Below, one piece after another: positions 1-7,590 of a stretch of DNA of 32,000 nucleotides (position 1 is the stretch's first letter; every line of letters begins with the position of its first letter). Below the pieces are notes generated by a model that ran no database searches, was not told the DNA's origin, and worked only from the letters and a program-made list of their open reading frames with translations. Where the stretch lies: NCBI GenBank assembly GCA_964534555.1, contig CAZHRK010000005.1:1-32000 (forward strand), given 5' to 3'. Source of the stretch: an uncultured Pseudomonadota bacterium. GTDB taxonomy: Bacteria > Babelota > Babeliae > Babelales > RVW-14. A program made the translations under genes and the position numbers.

Positions 1-850
1 TTCGACCGCCTTTAGTCTTGAGCTTGTCGAAAGGTCAGGGCGAGCGGGGATAGAAGATATTACTTATCTAGTCAGCACGCATCTCACGGCAAGCGGGGGT
101 GGCATCAATCGGGGCGACTAGGGCCGGCGCGGGCAGGAACAGTGGGCTGCCAGGGTCGTTTTAGGCAGGAACAGGCCTAATATAAAAATGTATTTCAATA
201 TATTTATAAGCAAAACCTGTTCCTGTTTTGCAATTGCCCCCAAAGCCCTGTCTCCTGTTTAGGAATTACCCTAAATGCCCGCTCGATCAAACCCTTCGAC
301 AAGCTCAGGGCGAGCGGTAGGGGTAGTTATCTAAAAAATAATTATGGGTTACGTACTGCTTGATTGCAGCGTGTTATCCGGAGGTTCACGGAGGAGTCCT
401 CCGTGCGTTAGTGTAACTTCGCCGGTGCGATCACCTGGAGCATATATGCGAGGGTGATCGGTGGCTGGTCAAGCGAAGCCAGCGCTGGTGGTCTGGGTCC
501 AGGGTGGTGACCAAACACCATCCTGGACGTCTGCGGCCGACGCCGCACAAATAATTAATCATTATTATTAATAATTAAAATTATGATCATTACATAAAAT
601 ATGAGTTTAAAAATACGTATAGCCTAAACCTGTTCCTGTTTAGGAATTGCCCCAAAGGACCCGCTCGATCAAACCCGCAGGCACGCTCAGGGCGAGCGGG
701 GATAGAAGACATCACTTATGTAGTTGTACGCACACTCACGGCGAGCGGGGACAAGTTCATCACACTGAATAAAGAGTTATTAGGGTAGTCGCCAGACAGG
801 AACAGGTTTGGCATATCACATATAAAATTACATGCATTAATAAATTCAAA
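1..850. repeat. Intergenic mosaic-repeat block 1 (modules A, C, H, AT core; encloses S copy 1)
   Basis: A long A variant truncated by the window edge lies at 1..47, and full 39-bp A modules lie at 279..317 and 661..699. H hairpins: TTAGGCAGGAACAGGCCTAA 161..180, GCAAAACCTGTTCCTGTTTTGC 210..231, CCTAAACCTGTTCCTGTTTAGG 623..644, GCCAGACAGGAACAGGTTTGGC 791..812. Segment ~35..290 is homologous to ~7625..7880. Confidence 0.9.
323..600 (+). repeat. S element copy 1: multi-copy GC-rich structured element (candidate ncRNA or non-autonomous mobile element)
   Basis: GC-rich core 346..548 lies between AT-rich flanks. Helices readable directly: CACGGAGG 387..394 / CCTCCGTG 398..405; GATCACC 429..435 / GGTGATC 453..459; GCTGG 464..468 / CCAGC 479..483; GTCCAGGGTGGTG 497..509 / CACCATCCTGGAC 516..528; TGCGGC 532..537 / GCCGCA 542..547. 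Near-identical copies occur at 7321..7590 and 20560..20848 (minus strand). There is no ORF. Confidence 0.8.
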
Positions 851-922
851 TCTTAAAAGATCCCCATCAATACGCTACACTCTTGGCAAGAGTAAGTCTT
901 AAGATTTGTTGGGGGCATAATT

Positions 923-1237
923 ATGGATGCTAAACTACGCGAGCTTGTTGATCGATTGACTGCGGTTTACAACCCGGAGCGTATTTATTTGTTTGGCTCA
1001 CGTGCATGGGGATCGCCGCACGATGATAGTGATTATGATGTTTTGGTTGAGGTTGCAAACAGTAGCCTTGTTCCGCATCGTCGTCCGGTTGCGGGGTACA
1101 TAGAGCTGTATGGCTTTGGCGCTCCGGTTGATCTGCTTGTTTATACAACTGATGAGCTGAATGCACGTAAGGAGTATCCTGGCCGTATTGTTACAAAAGC
1201 TGTGCGAGAGGGGTTAATAATTTATGCTCGATCATGA
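923..1237 (+). CDS. Nucleotidyltransferase-domain protein (MNT-type partner of a HEPN/MNT toxin-antitoxin pair)
   Basis: 104-aa ORF. RIYLFGSRAWG (G-S motif) followed by DSDYDVLV (DxD) is the minimal pol-beta-type nucleotidyltransferase signature. It overlaps the downstream HEPN ORF by 14 nt (translational coupling). Confidence 0.85.
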   Translation: MDAKLRELVDRLTAVYNPERIYLFGSRAWGSPHDDSDYDVLVEVANSSLVPHRRPVAGYIELYGFGAPVDLLVYTTDELNARKEYPGRIVTKAVREGLIIYARS

Positions 1238-1634
1238 ATTATGGATTTCACTTGCATATGAAGATTTTTTAACGGCCAAGGCATTACGTAAAAATCGTTT
1301 TTATAATGGTGCTGCATATCATTGCCAGCAATCAGCTGAAAAAGTGCTTAAGGGATTTCTCTCGTTTAAAAATGCTTCAATTCCTAAAACACATAGCCTT
1401 ATACGATTAGTTGAGGTTTGTAGTGCATATGAAAAAGATTTTGTAAAAATTGTTTCTTATGCTGCAAGCCTTGATCCTTTTAGCACTGCAACGCGCTATC
1501 CAGATAATTTTATTGAAGTAGATAAAACCGAAGTCGGCGTTTTGATTAATGATGCTAAGAAAATTTTTGATTTTGTTATCTCAAAAATAGAGCAATCGAC
1601 TGGGCATCACCAGACTATTATTTTCCCACGATAA
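1224..1634 (+). CDS. HEPN-domain protein (putative RNase toxin of the HEPN/MNT pair)
   Basis: 136-aa ORF. The helix AAYHCQQSAEKVLKGFL and the later TATRYPD are typical of HEPN (COG2250-like) proteins. It lies immediately downstream of the MNT gene and overlaps it. Confidence 0.8.
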   Translation: MLDHELWISLAYEDFLTAKALRKNRFYNGAAYHCQQSAEKVLKGFLSFKNASIPKTHSLIRLVEVCSAYEKDFVKIVSYAASLDPFSTATRYPDNFIEVDKTEVGVLINDAKKIFDFVISKIEQSTGHHQTIIFPR

Positions 1635-1635
1635 A

Positions 1636-2030
1636 ATATTTATAGCCTAAACCTGTTCCTGTTTAGGAATTGCCCCAAAGGACCCGCTCGATCAAACCCG
1701 CAGGCACGCTCAGGGCGAGCGGTAAGGGTAATCGCAAAACAGGAACAGGTTTTGCATTATAAATATATGGAATGCATTATTAATTATATGCGGGCGCGGG
1801 AGTTGCCCGCCCGACCCCAAAGGCCTGTTCCTGCCTAAGACGACCCCAAAGGTTCGCTCGATCAAACCCGCAGGCACGCTCAGGGCGAGCGGGATATAAA
1901 CAACCGCTTTTATAGGCAGCGGGTGGCTGAGGGCGAGCGGAGATAGAAGACATCACACTAAATATCACTTTTTTAGGGTAGTCGCCAGACAGGAACAGGT
2001 CTGGCATATCAACATATACATTCATTTAAA
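1636..2030. repeat. Intergenic mosaic-repeat block 2
   Basis: A modules at 1684..1722 and 1854..1892. D module (TATAAACAACCGCTTTTATAGGCAGCGGGTGGCTGAGGGCGAGCGG) ends at 1940. H hairpins of CCTAAAC, GCAAAAC, TAGGC and GCCAGAC stem types are present, with AT core ~1755..1790. Confidence 0.9.
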
Positions 2031-2069
2031 AACTTTTTTACAAAGAATTTTTACCTTTATTGCATAAGC

Positions 2070-2150
2070 TAACCCCCACTTTTATACTTGATCTACATAA
2101 TTTAACCCCTACTTATAGCCACAATTACTAAAAACTAACCCCCACTTTTA
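2070..2150 (+). promoter_or_regulatory. Three 15-bp direct repeats at exact 33-bp spacing upstream of the AAA ATPase gene (operator/iteron-like)
   Basis: TAACCCCCACTTTTA 2070..2084, TAACCCCTACTTATA 2103..2117, TAACCCCCACTTTTA 2136..2150. The last copy ends 18 nt before the ATG at 2169. Confidence 0.5.
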
Positions 2151-2168
2151 ACCATAAAGGTAATCCTT

Positions 2169-3527
2169 ATGAAGCGGCTTATTGATTACGCCTTGCTTGA
2201 ATGGAAGCAAAACCCTTCCCGTAAGCCACTTCTCGTGCGGGGTGCTCGTCAGGTAGGTAAAACATATGCGCTCAGGGTACTGGGAAAGACTTACGAATCA
2301 TTTGTTGAGGTTAACCTTGAGGAAAACGAGTATGCCAGGCAGATTATTGAGCGTGATTATGATGTTCAGCGTATTATTTTACAGTTGTCTGAATATCTGC
2401 AGCAGGAGATTACGCCAGGCAAAACACTTCTTTTTTTTGATGAAATTCAGGCTTCGCCTCGAGCGATTACTGCGTTGCGCTATTTTTACGAGCGGCTTCC
2501 GCAGCTGCACGTTGCCGCTGCTGGCTCATTATTAGAATTTGCTTTGGAGCAGGTTGGTGTGCCGGTGGGGCGTATTGAATCACGCTTTATGTACCCGTTA
2601 TCATTTGTTGAGTTTTTAGCTGCGCAGGGTAACTCCTTCTGGCTCAAGGCGCTGATTCAAGCACGTCCAGAAGCCCCGCTTTCTGCTGAGCTGCACGTAG
2701 CGCTTATGAATCAAGTCAGTGTGTATTTAGCTGTTGGTGGTATGCCCGAGGCAGTGTCGACATGGCTTGCACAAAAAACATCACGCGCTGTCATGCGCGT
2801 GCACGCGACGCTCCTTGAGTCGTATCAACAAGATTTTGGCAAGTATGCGGCTAAGCACCAAATGAAATATTTAGATCAGATATTTCAAAAAGCGCTTAGA
2901 CAGCTTGGCACCAAATTTATATTTGCGCATGTGGGTGACTATAAAAAGAGGGAGCTTGCGCCGGCTGTTGATCTGCTTGTAAAGGCGGGTGTTTTGCATA
3001 AGGTTTTTAAAACTTCAGCTCAGGGGGTGCCGCTTGGTGCAGAGGCTGAGCTTGATGATTTCAAAATTATTTTTTTAGACTGCGCGCTTGCGCAGGCCCA
3101 GCTTGGCCTTGACCCATCTGCGTGGCTTATTGGTTCTGATAAGCAATTTGCAAATCAAGGAGCATTAATCGAGGCTTTTGTTGGGCAAGAGCTTTTGGCC
3201 TACAGTAACTGGATGCGGCGCGAGCAGCTTTTTTATTGGCGCAGAGATATCAAGGGGAGTGATGCTGAGGTTGATTATGTTGTTCAGCATAATCAAAGCA
3301 TTGTTCCTATCGAAGTTAAAGCCGGTGCTAACAGACGTATTAAAAGTATGTATCTTTTTCTTGAGAGCAGGGCTGATGCTGCTCTTGCACCCGCGGGAAT
3401 ACGAATCTGGGGCGGAGGTTTTGAAAAAGAGCAGGTGCTGAGCTCGTATCCACTTTATGCAATTATTTGTTTTATGCTTGTGGTTAATCATGAGCTCCAA
3501 GAGGTTGTTGATCAGCTTATAAAATGA
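2169..3527 (+). CDS. AAA+ ATPase, AAA_14/DUF4143 family (COG1373-like)
   Basis: 452-aa ORF. Walker A is GARQVGKT and the Walker B-like motif is LLFFDEIQ. The C-terminal part, with AEVDYVV...IVPIEVKAG, is characteristic of the DUF4143 nuclease-like module. Confidence 0.85.
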   Translation: MKRLIDYALLEWKQNPSRKPLLVRGARQVGKTYALRVLGKTYESFVEVNLEENEYARQIIERDYDVQRIILQLSEYLQQEITPGKTLLFFDEIQASPRAITALRYFYERLPQLHVAAAGSLLEFALEQVGVPVGRIESRFMYPLSFVEFLAAQGNSFWLKALIQARPEAPLSAELHVALMNQVSVYLAVGGMPEAVSTWLAQKTSRAVMRVHATLLESYQQDFGKYAAKHQMKYLDQIFQKALRQLGTKFIFAHVGDYKKRELAPAVDLLVKAGVLHKVFKTSAQGVPLGAEAELDDFKIIFLDCALAQAQLGLDPSAWLIGSDKQFANQGALIEAFVGQELLAYSNWMRREQLFYWRRDIKGSDAEVDYVVQHNQSIVPIEVKAGANRRIKSMYLFLESRADAALAPAGIRIWGGGFEKEQVLSSYPLYAIICFMLVVNHELQEVVDQLIK

Positions 3528-3985
3528 TGTTATGCCAAACCTGTTCCGGTCTGGCGACTACCCTAAAAAACTGTTTGCTGTTTTGCAACGCCCCAAAGGG
3601 CCGCTCGATCAAACCCGCAGGCATGCTCAGGGCGAGCGGGTATATAAACAAACGCTTTTATAGGCAGTGGGTGCGCTCAGGGCGAGCGGTAAGGGTAATC
3701 GCAAAACAGGAACAGGTTTTGCATTATAAATATATGGAATTCATTATCAATTATATGCGGGCGCGGGAGTTGCCCGCCCGACCCCAAAAGCCTCTTCCAG
3801 CCTAAGACGACCCTAGAGGTCCGCTCGATCAGACCCTTCGACGAACTCAGGGCGAGCGGGGATAGAAGACATCACTTATCTAGTCAGCACGCATCTTACG
3901 GTGAGCGGTAGGGGTAGTCGCCAGACCGGAACAGGTTTGGCATATCATTATCATGAAATACATTTATTTTATAAGCGGGTGCCGC
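3528..3985. repeat. Intergenic mosaic-repeat block 3
   Basis: A modules at 3601..3639 and 3821..3859. D module ~3640..3689 and C module ~3860..3908. H hairpins are present (GCCAAAC..GTCTGGC at ~3535, GCAAAAC at ~3701, GCCAGACCGGAACAGGTTTGGC at ~3920), with AT core ~3725..3760. Confidence 0.9.
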
Positions 3986-4284
3986 ATACACACACCACAA
4001 AAAAACCTTGCTCTCGTGTCGAACATCGGCTAAGGTAATTTTCAGACAATTGGTTTGCGTTTGTCACAAAAAAAGAGCACAGCATCATGCCATGGCCTTG
4101 AGCCTTGCTACGAGCATGATGATCCAGTCGCCAAAGCTGCAATCTGGACAGGCAAGAAAGGAGGCTCAAAAAGGAGAAGCAAACAATCTTGTTGACTTTT
4201 TAGTCTTGGATTCGGAATAGTAAGCATACGTAATTGTGCGTATGACGATCATAAGCCTATGTTTATTGTGTGAGGTACATACTT

Positions 4285-5826
4285 ATGAATAAATCTCTAA
4301 AGGGTTTATTAGTAGCCCTTCTCGCTGTTAGCGCTGCATCAGCAAATAACAGCACAAACAAAACATTTTTGATGCCACGTTCCCACGGTGTTAACCTTCC
4401 AATGGAAGCTACAACATTTGGTGAACTAACGCATCGTAGAGCAAAAGATGCTTTCGGTGGTAACCTGCAAGTTTCAGGTTTCTACAGCGCAAGCACAAAT
4501 GGTGAAGAGCAAGCAAAATACTTCTTGTTTGCTAATAAGAGCAAAGTTGAATTTGTAGGCAGAACCGCTGCAGCAAAAGATGGCATACTTGAGTACGCAT
4601 TACATGATACACCAGGTGTCGCTGCGGCTAACAGAGATACGCGAGTTCCTGTGGATGCTCTTGCAGGCCTTAGCCTAGATCCAGAGCAAACAGCGTATGG
4701 TGTGCGTTTTGACTATCACCAAGATTTGAGCAAGATCCTTCGTGGTCTTTACCTCAGAGCAAGCCTTCCTGTTGCTCATGTAGAGAATGATGTTCAAGTA
4801 AAAACAACATCTGCTGGGGCAGGTCTTCCTGTTGCTATGACAGGTCTTGCAGTTGTTACTCCTGCTGGTGATGTACTTAAGTCATACCTTGCAGGTACGT
4901 ACTCAAATGCTACAGCTGCTAACGCTCAAGAGAAATTAACACACGCTTTAGTTGCTGGTGCGCAATCAGAAACAGGCGTTGCTGATATTGATGTTCAGCT
5001 CGGCTATAAGGTGCTTGATAAAGCAAACTACCATATGGCGCTTGCACTCGGCTTAACGATTCCTACAGGAAACGAAGCTGATGGCAAATACCTTTTCCAA
5101 CCAATTGTTGGTAATGGTAAGCACTTTGGCCTTGGTGGTGATGTATGCGCTGGCGCACGTGTGTGGGGCGATATGGACCACAACCTCCGCCTCAGCATGC
5201 ACCTTCGTTACCGCTATCTTTTCGAGTCATCACAAAAGCGTACACTTGGCCTAAAAAATCAAGATGGTTCAGCTATTGCATTTGCACAATATGCACTTGT
5301 TCAAGTTGAAGCAGCTGGTGCTAACGCTGCACTTAGACCTTTTGCAAACGTGTTCACTGTTAATACAGATGTAACCCCAGGCAGCCAGCTTGATGGCAGC
5401 CTTGCACTTGCGTATAACAATGGTGGCTGGTCTGTTGATCTTGGCTACAACATGTTCTATCGCGAAGCTGAATCTGTTAAAATCAAAGGTACGGCTCCAG
5501 AAAAATATGCTGTGGTAAACCAGGTTTGGGATACTACTCAAGTTTTTCCTGCTGCAACAGGTGCAAACTTTGCTGTTACTGCTAATGGTAATGCTAACGC
5601 TCTTAATGCTGGTAGCCATTATCTTATTACAAAAGACAATCTCGACCCCCGTGCAGCTGCAACTGATTCAGCGTTCACAAACGCGATCTATGCTGGCGCT
5701 GGCTACACATTCAAAGAGTGGGATACACCTTTGATGCTTGGCGTAGGTGGCAAATACGAATTTGCTAACGACAACAACGCTCTCGAGCAATGGGGCGTAT
5801 GGGGTAAAGTTGGTGTTGGTTTCTAA
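4285..5826 (+). CDS. Outer-membrane beta-barrel protein (porin-like), family 1, paralogue of 28629..30518
   Basis: Signal peptide MNKSLKGLLVALLAVSAASA; GAGG lies 8 nt upstream of ATG 4285 (the track start at 4270 is a GTG). The mature part has alternating beta-strand-like segments. The C-terminus ...WGKVGVGF ends in Phe, as in the OMP beta-signal. It shares TNKTFLMPRS, ADIDxxxGYK, TIPTGN and YLFQPIVGNG-type motifs with the 28629 gene. Confidence 0.8.
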   Translation: MNKSLKGLLVALLAVSAASANNSTNKTFLMPRSHGVNLPMEATTFGELTHRRAKDAFGGNLQVSGFYSASTNGEEQAKYFLFANKSKVEFVGRTAAAKDGILEYALHDTPGVAAANRDTRVPVDALAGLSLDPEQTAYGVRFDYHQDLSKILRGLYLRASLPVAHVENDVQVKTTSAGAGLPVAMTGLAVVTPAGDVLKSYLAGTYSNATAANAQEKLTHALVAGAQSETGVADIDVQLGYKVLDKANYHMALALGLTIPTGNEADGKYLFQPIVGNGKHFGLGGDVCAGARVWGDMDHNLRLSMHLRYRYLFESSQKRTLGLKNQDGSAIAFAQYALVQVEAAGANAALRPFANVFTVNTDVTPGSQLDGSLALAYNNGGWSVDLGYNMFYREAESVKIKGTAPEKYAVVNQVWDTTQVFPAATGANFAVTANGNANALNAGSHYLITKDNLDPRAAATDSAFTNAIYAGAGYTFKEWDTPLMLGVGGKYEFANDNNALEQWGVWGKVGVGF

Positions 5827-5873
5827 TCAGACCGATTCCATCATTACTCATTGACCTAATAAGTCATGAAAAG

Positions 5874-5902
5874 AGGGTTCTGCTAGCGCAGGGCCCTTTT
5901 TT
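5874..5902 (+). terminator. Rho-independent terminator of the 4285..5826 gene
   Basis: Stem AGGGTTCTGC 5874..5883 / GCAGGGCCCT 5888..5897 (10 bp including 2 G-T), loop TAGC, then a T run to 5902. Confidence 0.75.
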
Positions 5903-5918
5903 ATTGCAAGGAGCATTT

Positions 5919-6158
5919 GTGAGCCCAACTGTTTTACGGTATAAAAATTATAGACTTTTCTTTTTCTCTCATGAGGAGCCGCGTATGCATGTGCATATTT
6001 CATCTCCTGATGGTGAGGCCAAGTTTTGGCTAGAGCCAATGGTTGCACTTGCTGATTATAGCGGGTATTCTGAGAGGCAGCTTAAAGAGCTTTCAAAATT
6101 GGTAGAAAAACATGCAAAAGAAATTGAAAAAGCCTGGAAAAAACACTTTAGGGTTTGA
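5919..6158 (+). CDS. DUF4160-domain protein
   Basis: AAGGAG 5908..5913 lies 5 nt before GTG 5919 (the track start at 5904 is a TTG). The sequence VSPTVLRYKNYRLFFFSHEEPRMHVHISSPDGEAKFWLEP fits the DUF4160 pattern (short N-terminal strand plus a histidine-rich motif). Confidence 0.75.
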   Translation: MSPTVLRYKNYRLFFFSHEEPRMHVHISSPDGEAKFWLEPMVALADYSGYSERQLKELSKLVEKHAKEIEKAWKKHFRV

Positions 6159-6381
6159 GATTTCTAATATCTCACGCCATGGAATGTGGCTTTTGATTGG
6201 CGAAAAAGAGTTCTTCATATCGTTTAAAGAGTATCCCTGGTTTTTGCAAGCAAAAATTGATCAGGTATATGCGGTTGAGTTTGCACACGGCAAATTCCTG
6301 CATTGGCCCGAGCTCGATATTGATATTGAGCTTGCTGCGCTTGAAAATCCTACGGCATATCCACTTGTTTATAAAAAGTAG
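6112..6381 (+). CDS. DUF2442-domain protein (usual partner of DUF4160)
   Basis: 89-aa ORF overlapping the end of the DUF4160 gene. WLLIGEKEFFISFKEYPWF...LHWPELDIDIEL matches the DUF2442 pattern (xxHWPxLDxDI). The start is uncertain: ATG 6112 or TTG 6124. Confidence 0.7.
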   Translation: MQKKLKKPGKNTLGFEISNISRHGMWLLIGEKEFFISFKEYPWFLQAKIDQVYAVEFAHGKFLHWPELDIDIELAALENPTAYPLVYKK

Positions 6382-6387
6382 TATTTT

Positions 6388-6423
6388 AAGAGAGGGCCCT
6401 GCGCTAGCGCAGGGCCCTCTCTT
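6388..6423 (+). terminator. Perfect 17-bp-arm palindrome after the DUF2442 gene (terminator-like hairpin)
   Basis: AAGAGAGGGCCCTGCGC-TA-GCGCAGGGCCCTCTCTT. It shares GCTAGCGCAGGGCCCT with the hairpin at 5874..5902. Only a short or interrupted T tract follows. Confidence 0.5.
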
Positions 6424-6829
6424 ATTAGAATAATTTTAAGTAATTATATTTGATAAGCCAAACCTGTATCCGGTCTGGCGACTACCCTAACAACCGATTA
6501 TTCAGTGTGATGATGCCAGCCCCCGCTCGCCCTGAGTTTATCGAAGGGTCTGATCGAGCGGCCTTTTTGAGCCGTCTTAGGCAGGAAACAGTGCGCCGCT
6601 AGGGCCGGGCGGGCAGGAACGGGCCCGCATATAATAAAGTATGAAATCCATATATTTATAAGCAAAACCTGTTCCTGTTTTGCGATTACCCTAGAAAACG
6701 AACATTTGTCTGATGATCTTGTCCCCGCTCGCCCTGACCTTTCGACAAGCTCAAGACTAAAGGCGGTCGAAGGGTTTGATCGAGCGGACCTTGTGTTAAT
6801 AAATCTATTACTCAAATTAATCATAATTT

Positions 6830-7095
6830 TATGTATTAAAAATAATGATTAATTAATAATTGTGCGGCGTCGGCCGCAACCGACCAAAGGGGTGCATCGA
6901 CCACCCCTCTGGACACAGGTCGCCAGGCTACGCCCTGGACCCAGCGCTTCAGCCACAGCAGCATCGCCTTCAGCACACACGCTGCGCGTGATGCGCTGCT
7001 CAGCTGCTGGAAGTGCCTCGGCCCGGCACTTGACTCAGCGCGTAATGACCGGCATAGCTGCGCGGCGATACTCATTAAGCACGTTGCTTCGTTAA
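6830..7095 (-). repeat. S element copy 4 (divergent homologue, minus strand)
   Basis: It shares the terminal hairpin with S1-3 (plus-strand TGCGGC 6863..6868 / GCCGCA 6873..6878), the AT-rich tail, and GCGCTGGGTCCAGGG. The equivalent long helix is CCAAAGGGGTG 6884..6894 / CACCCCTCTGG 6902..6912, with compensatory changes relative to S1. The remainder is GC-rich but diverged. Confidence 0.6.
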
Positions 7096-7240
7096 AATTA
7101 ATTATGTGAGTATCTTGCGTAGCACGCAGTTTTGAGCGCTGCGCGCCTGACGACCAAAAACGCTACGGTCTCAAAGCGCGCTACGCGCTGGCTTGTTCGA
7201 CACGGCTGTTTTGGCTCAACGGAAAATAATGATATAAGCA
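7095..7240 (+). repeat. Short GC-rich structured segment lying back-to-back with S copy 4
   Basis: It starts with AATTATGTGAGTATCTTGCGTAGC, which resembles the 5' end of the S elements (AATTATGGGTTACGTAC). GCGTAGC.CGC pairs with GCGCGCTACGC further on. It is seen once only in this window. Confidence 0.35.
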
Positions 7241-7320
7241 AAACCTGTTCCTGTTTAGGTATTGCCCCAAAGGTCCGCTCATGCAAACCCTTCGACGCGC
7301 TCAGGGCGAGCGGGGACAAA

Positions 7321-7590
7321 GTAGTTATCTAAAAAATAATTATGGTTTACGTACAGCTTGATCGCAGCGTGTTATGCGGAGGTTCACGGAGGTGTCCTCC
7401 GTGCGTTAGTGTAACTTCGCCGGTGCGATCACCTGGAGCATGTATGCGAGGGTGATCGGTGGCTGGTCCAGCGATGCCAGCGCTGGTGGTCTGGGTCCAG
7501 GGTGGTGACCAAACACCATCCTGGTCGTCTGCGGCCGACGCCGCACAAATAAATAATCATTATTATTAATAATTAAAATTTAATGTAAGA
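7321..7590 (+). repeat. S element copy 2
   Basis: Aligns base-for-base with 323..600, with a few substitutions (e.g. the loop of the CACGGAGG hairpin, and GGTCCAGCGATGCC versus GGTCAAGCGAAGCC). It is preceded by A 7275..7313 and followed by A 7598..7636, both in the same orientation. Confidence 0.8.

Noticed and set aside
323-600. The S element as a housekeeping structured RNA (SRP/4.5S, 6S, RNase P, tmRNA, 5S) or simply as a terminator.
   Set aside because: There are four copies in 32 kb, on both strands. I could recognise no conserved motifs of those RNAs. The terminal hairpin is not followed by a T run, and the element is far longer than a terminator.
3524-3805. ORFs of 60-110 aa lying inside the repeat blocks: 1780..2025, 3524..3805, 6498..6824, 6836..7332, 11518..11712, 11959..12279, 17169..17381, 20380..20571, 22059..22357 and 30622..30807.
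   Set aside because: They are read-throughs of the A/H/S modules. Recurring peptides such as RARELPARP or SGRAE are just translated repeats. They have no RBS, occur in either orientation, and their frames are not conserved between repeat copies.
4008-4220. 70-aa ORF in the repeat-free 300-bp region upstream of the first OMP gene.
   Set aside because: It has no convincing RBS and no recognisable domain, and an equally long ORF lies on the opposite strand. The region is more likely the promoter and 5' leader of the OMP gene. I could not define a convincing -10/-35 pair there, so no promoter is reported.
6710-6716. A CTGATGA box that could hint at a hammerhead ribozyme core.
   Set aside because: It reads CTGATGATC rather than CTGATGAG. 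There is no matching CGAAAC box or flanking helices, and it is part of connector module C (GTGTGATGATCTTGTC).
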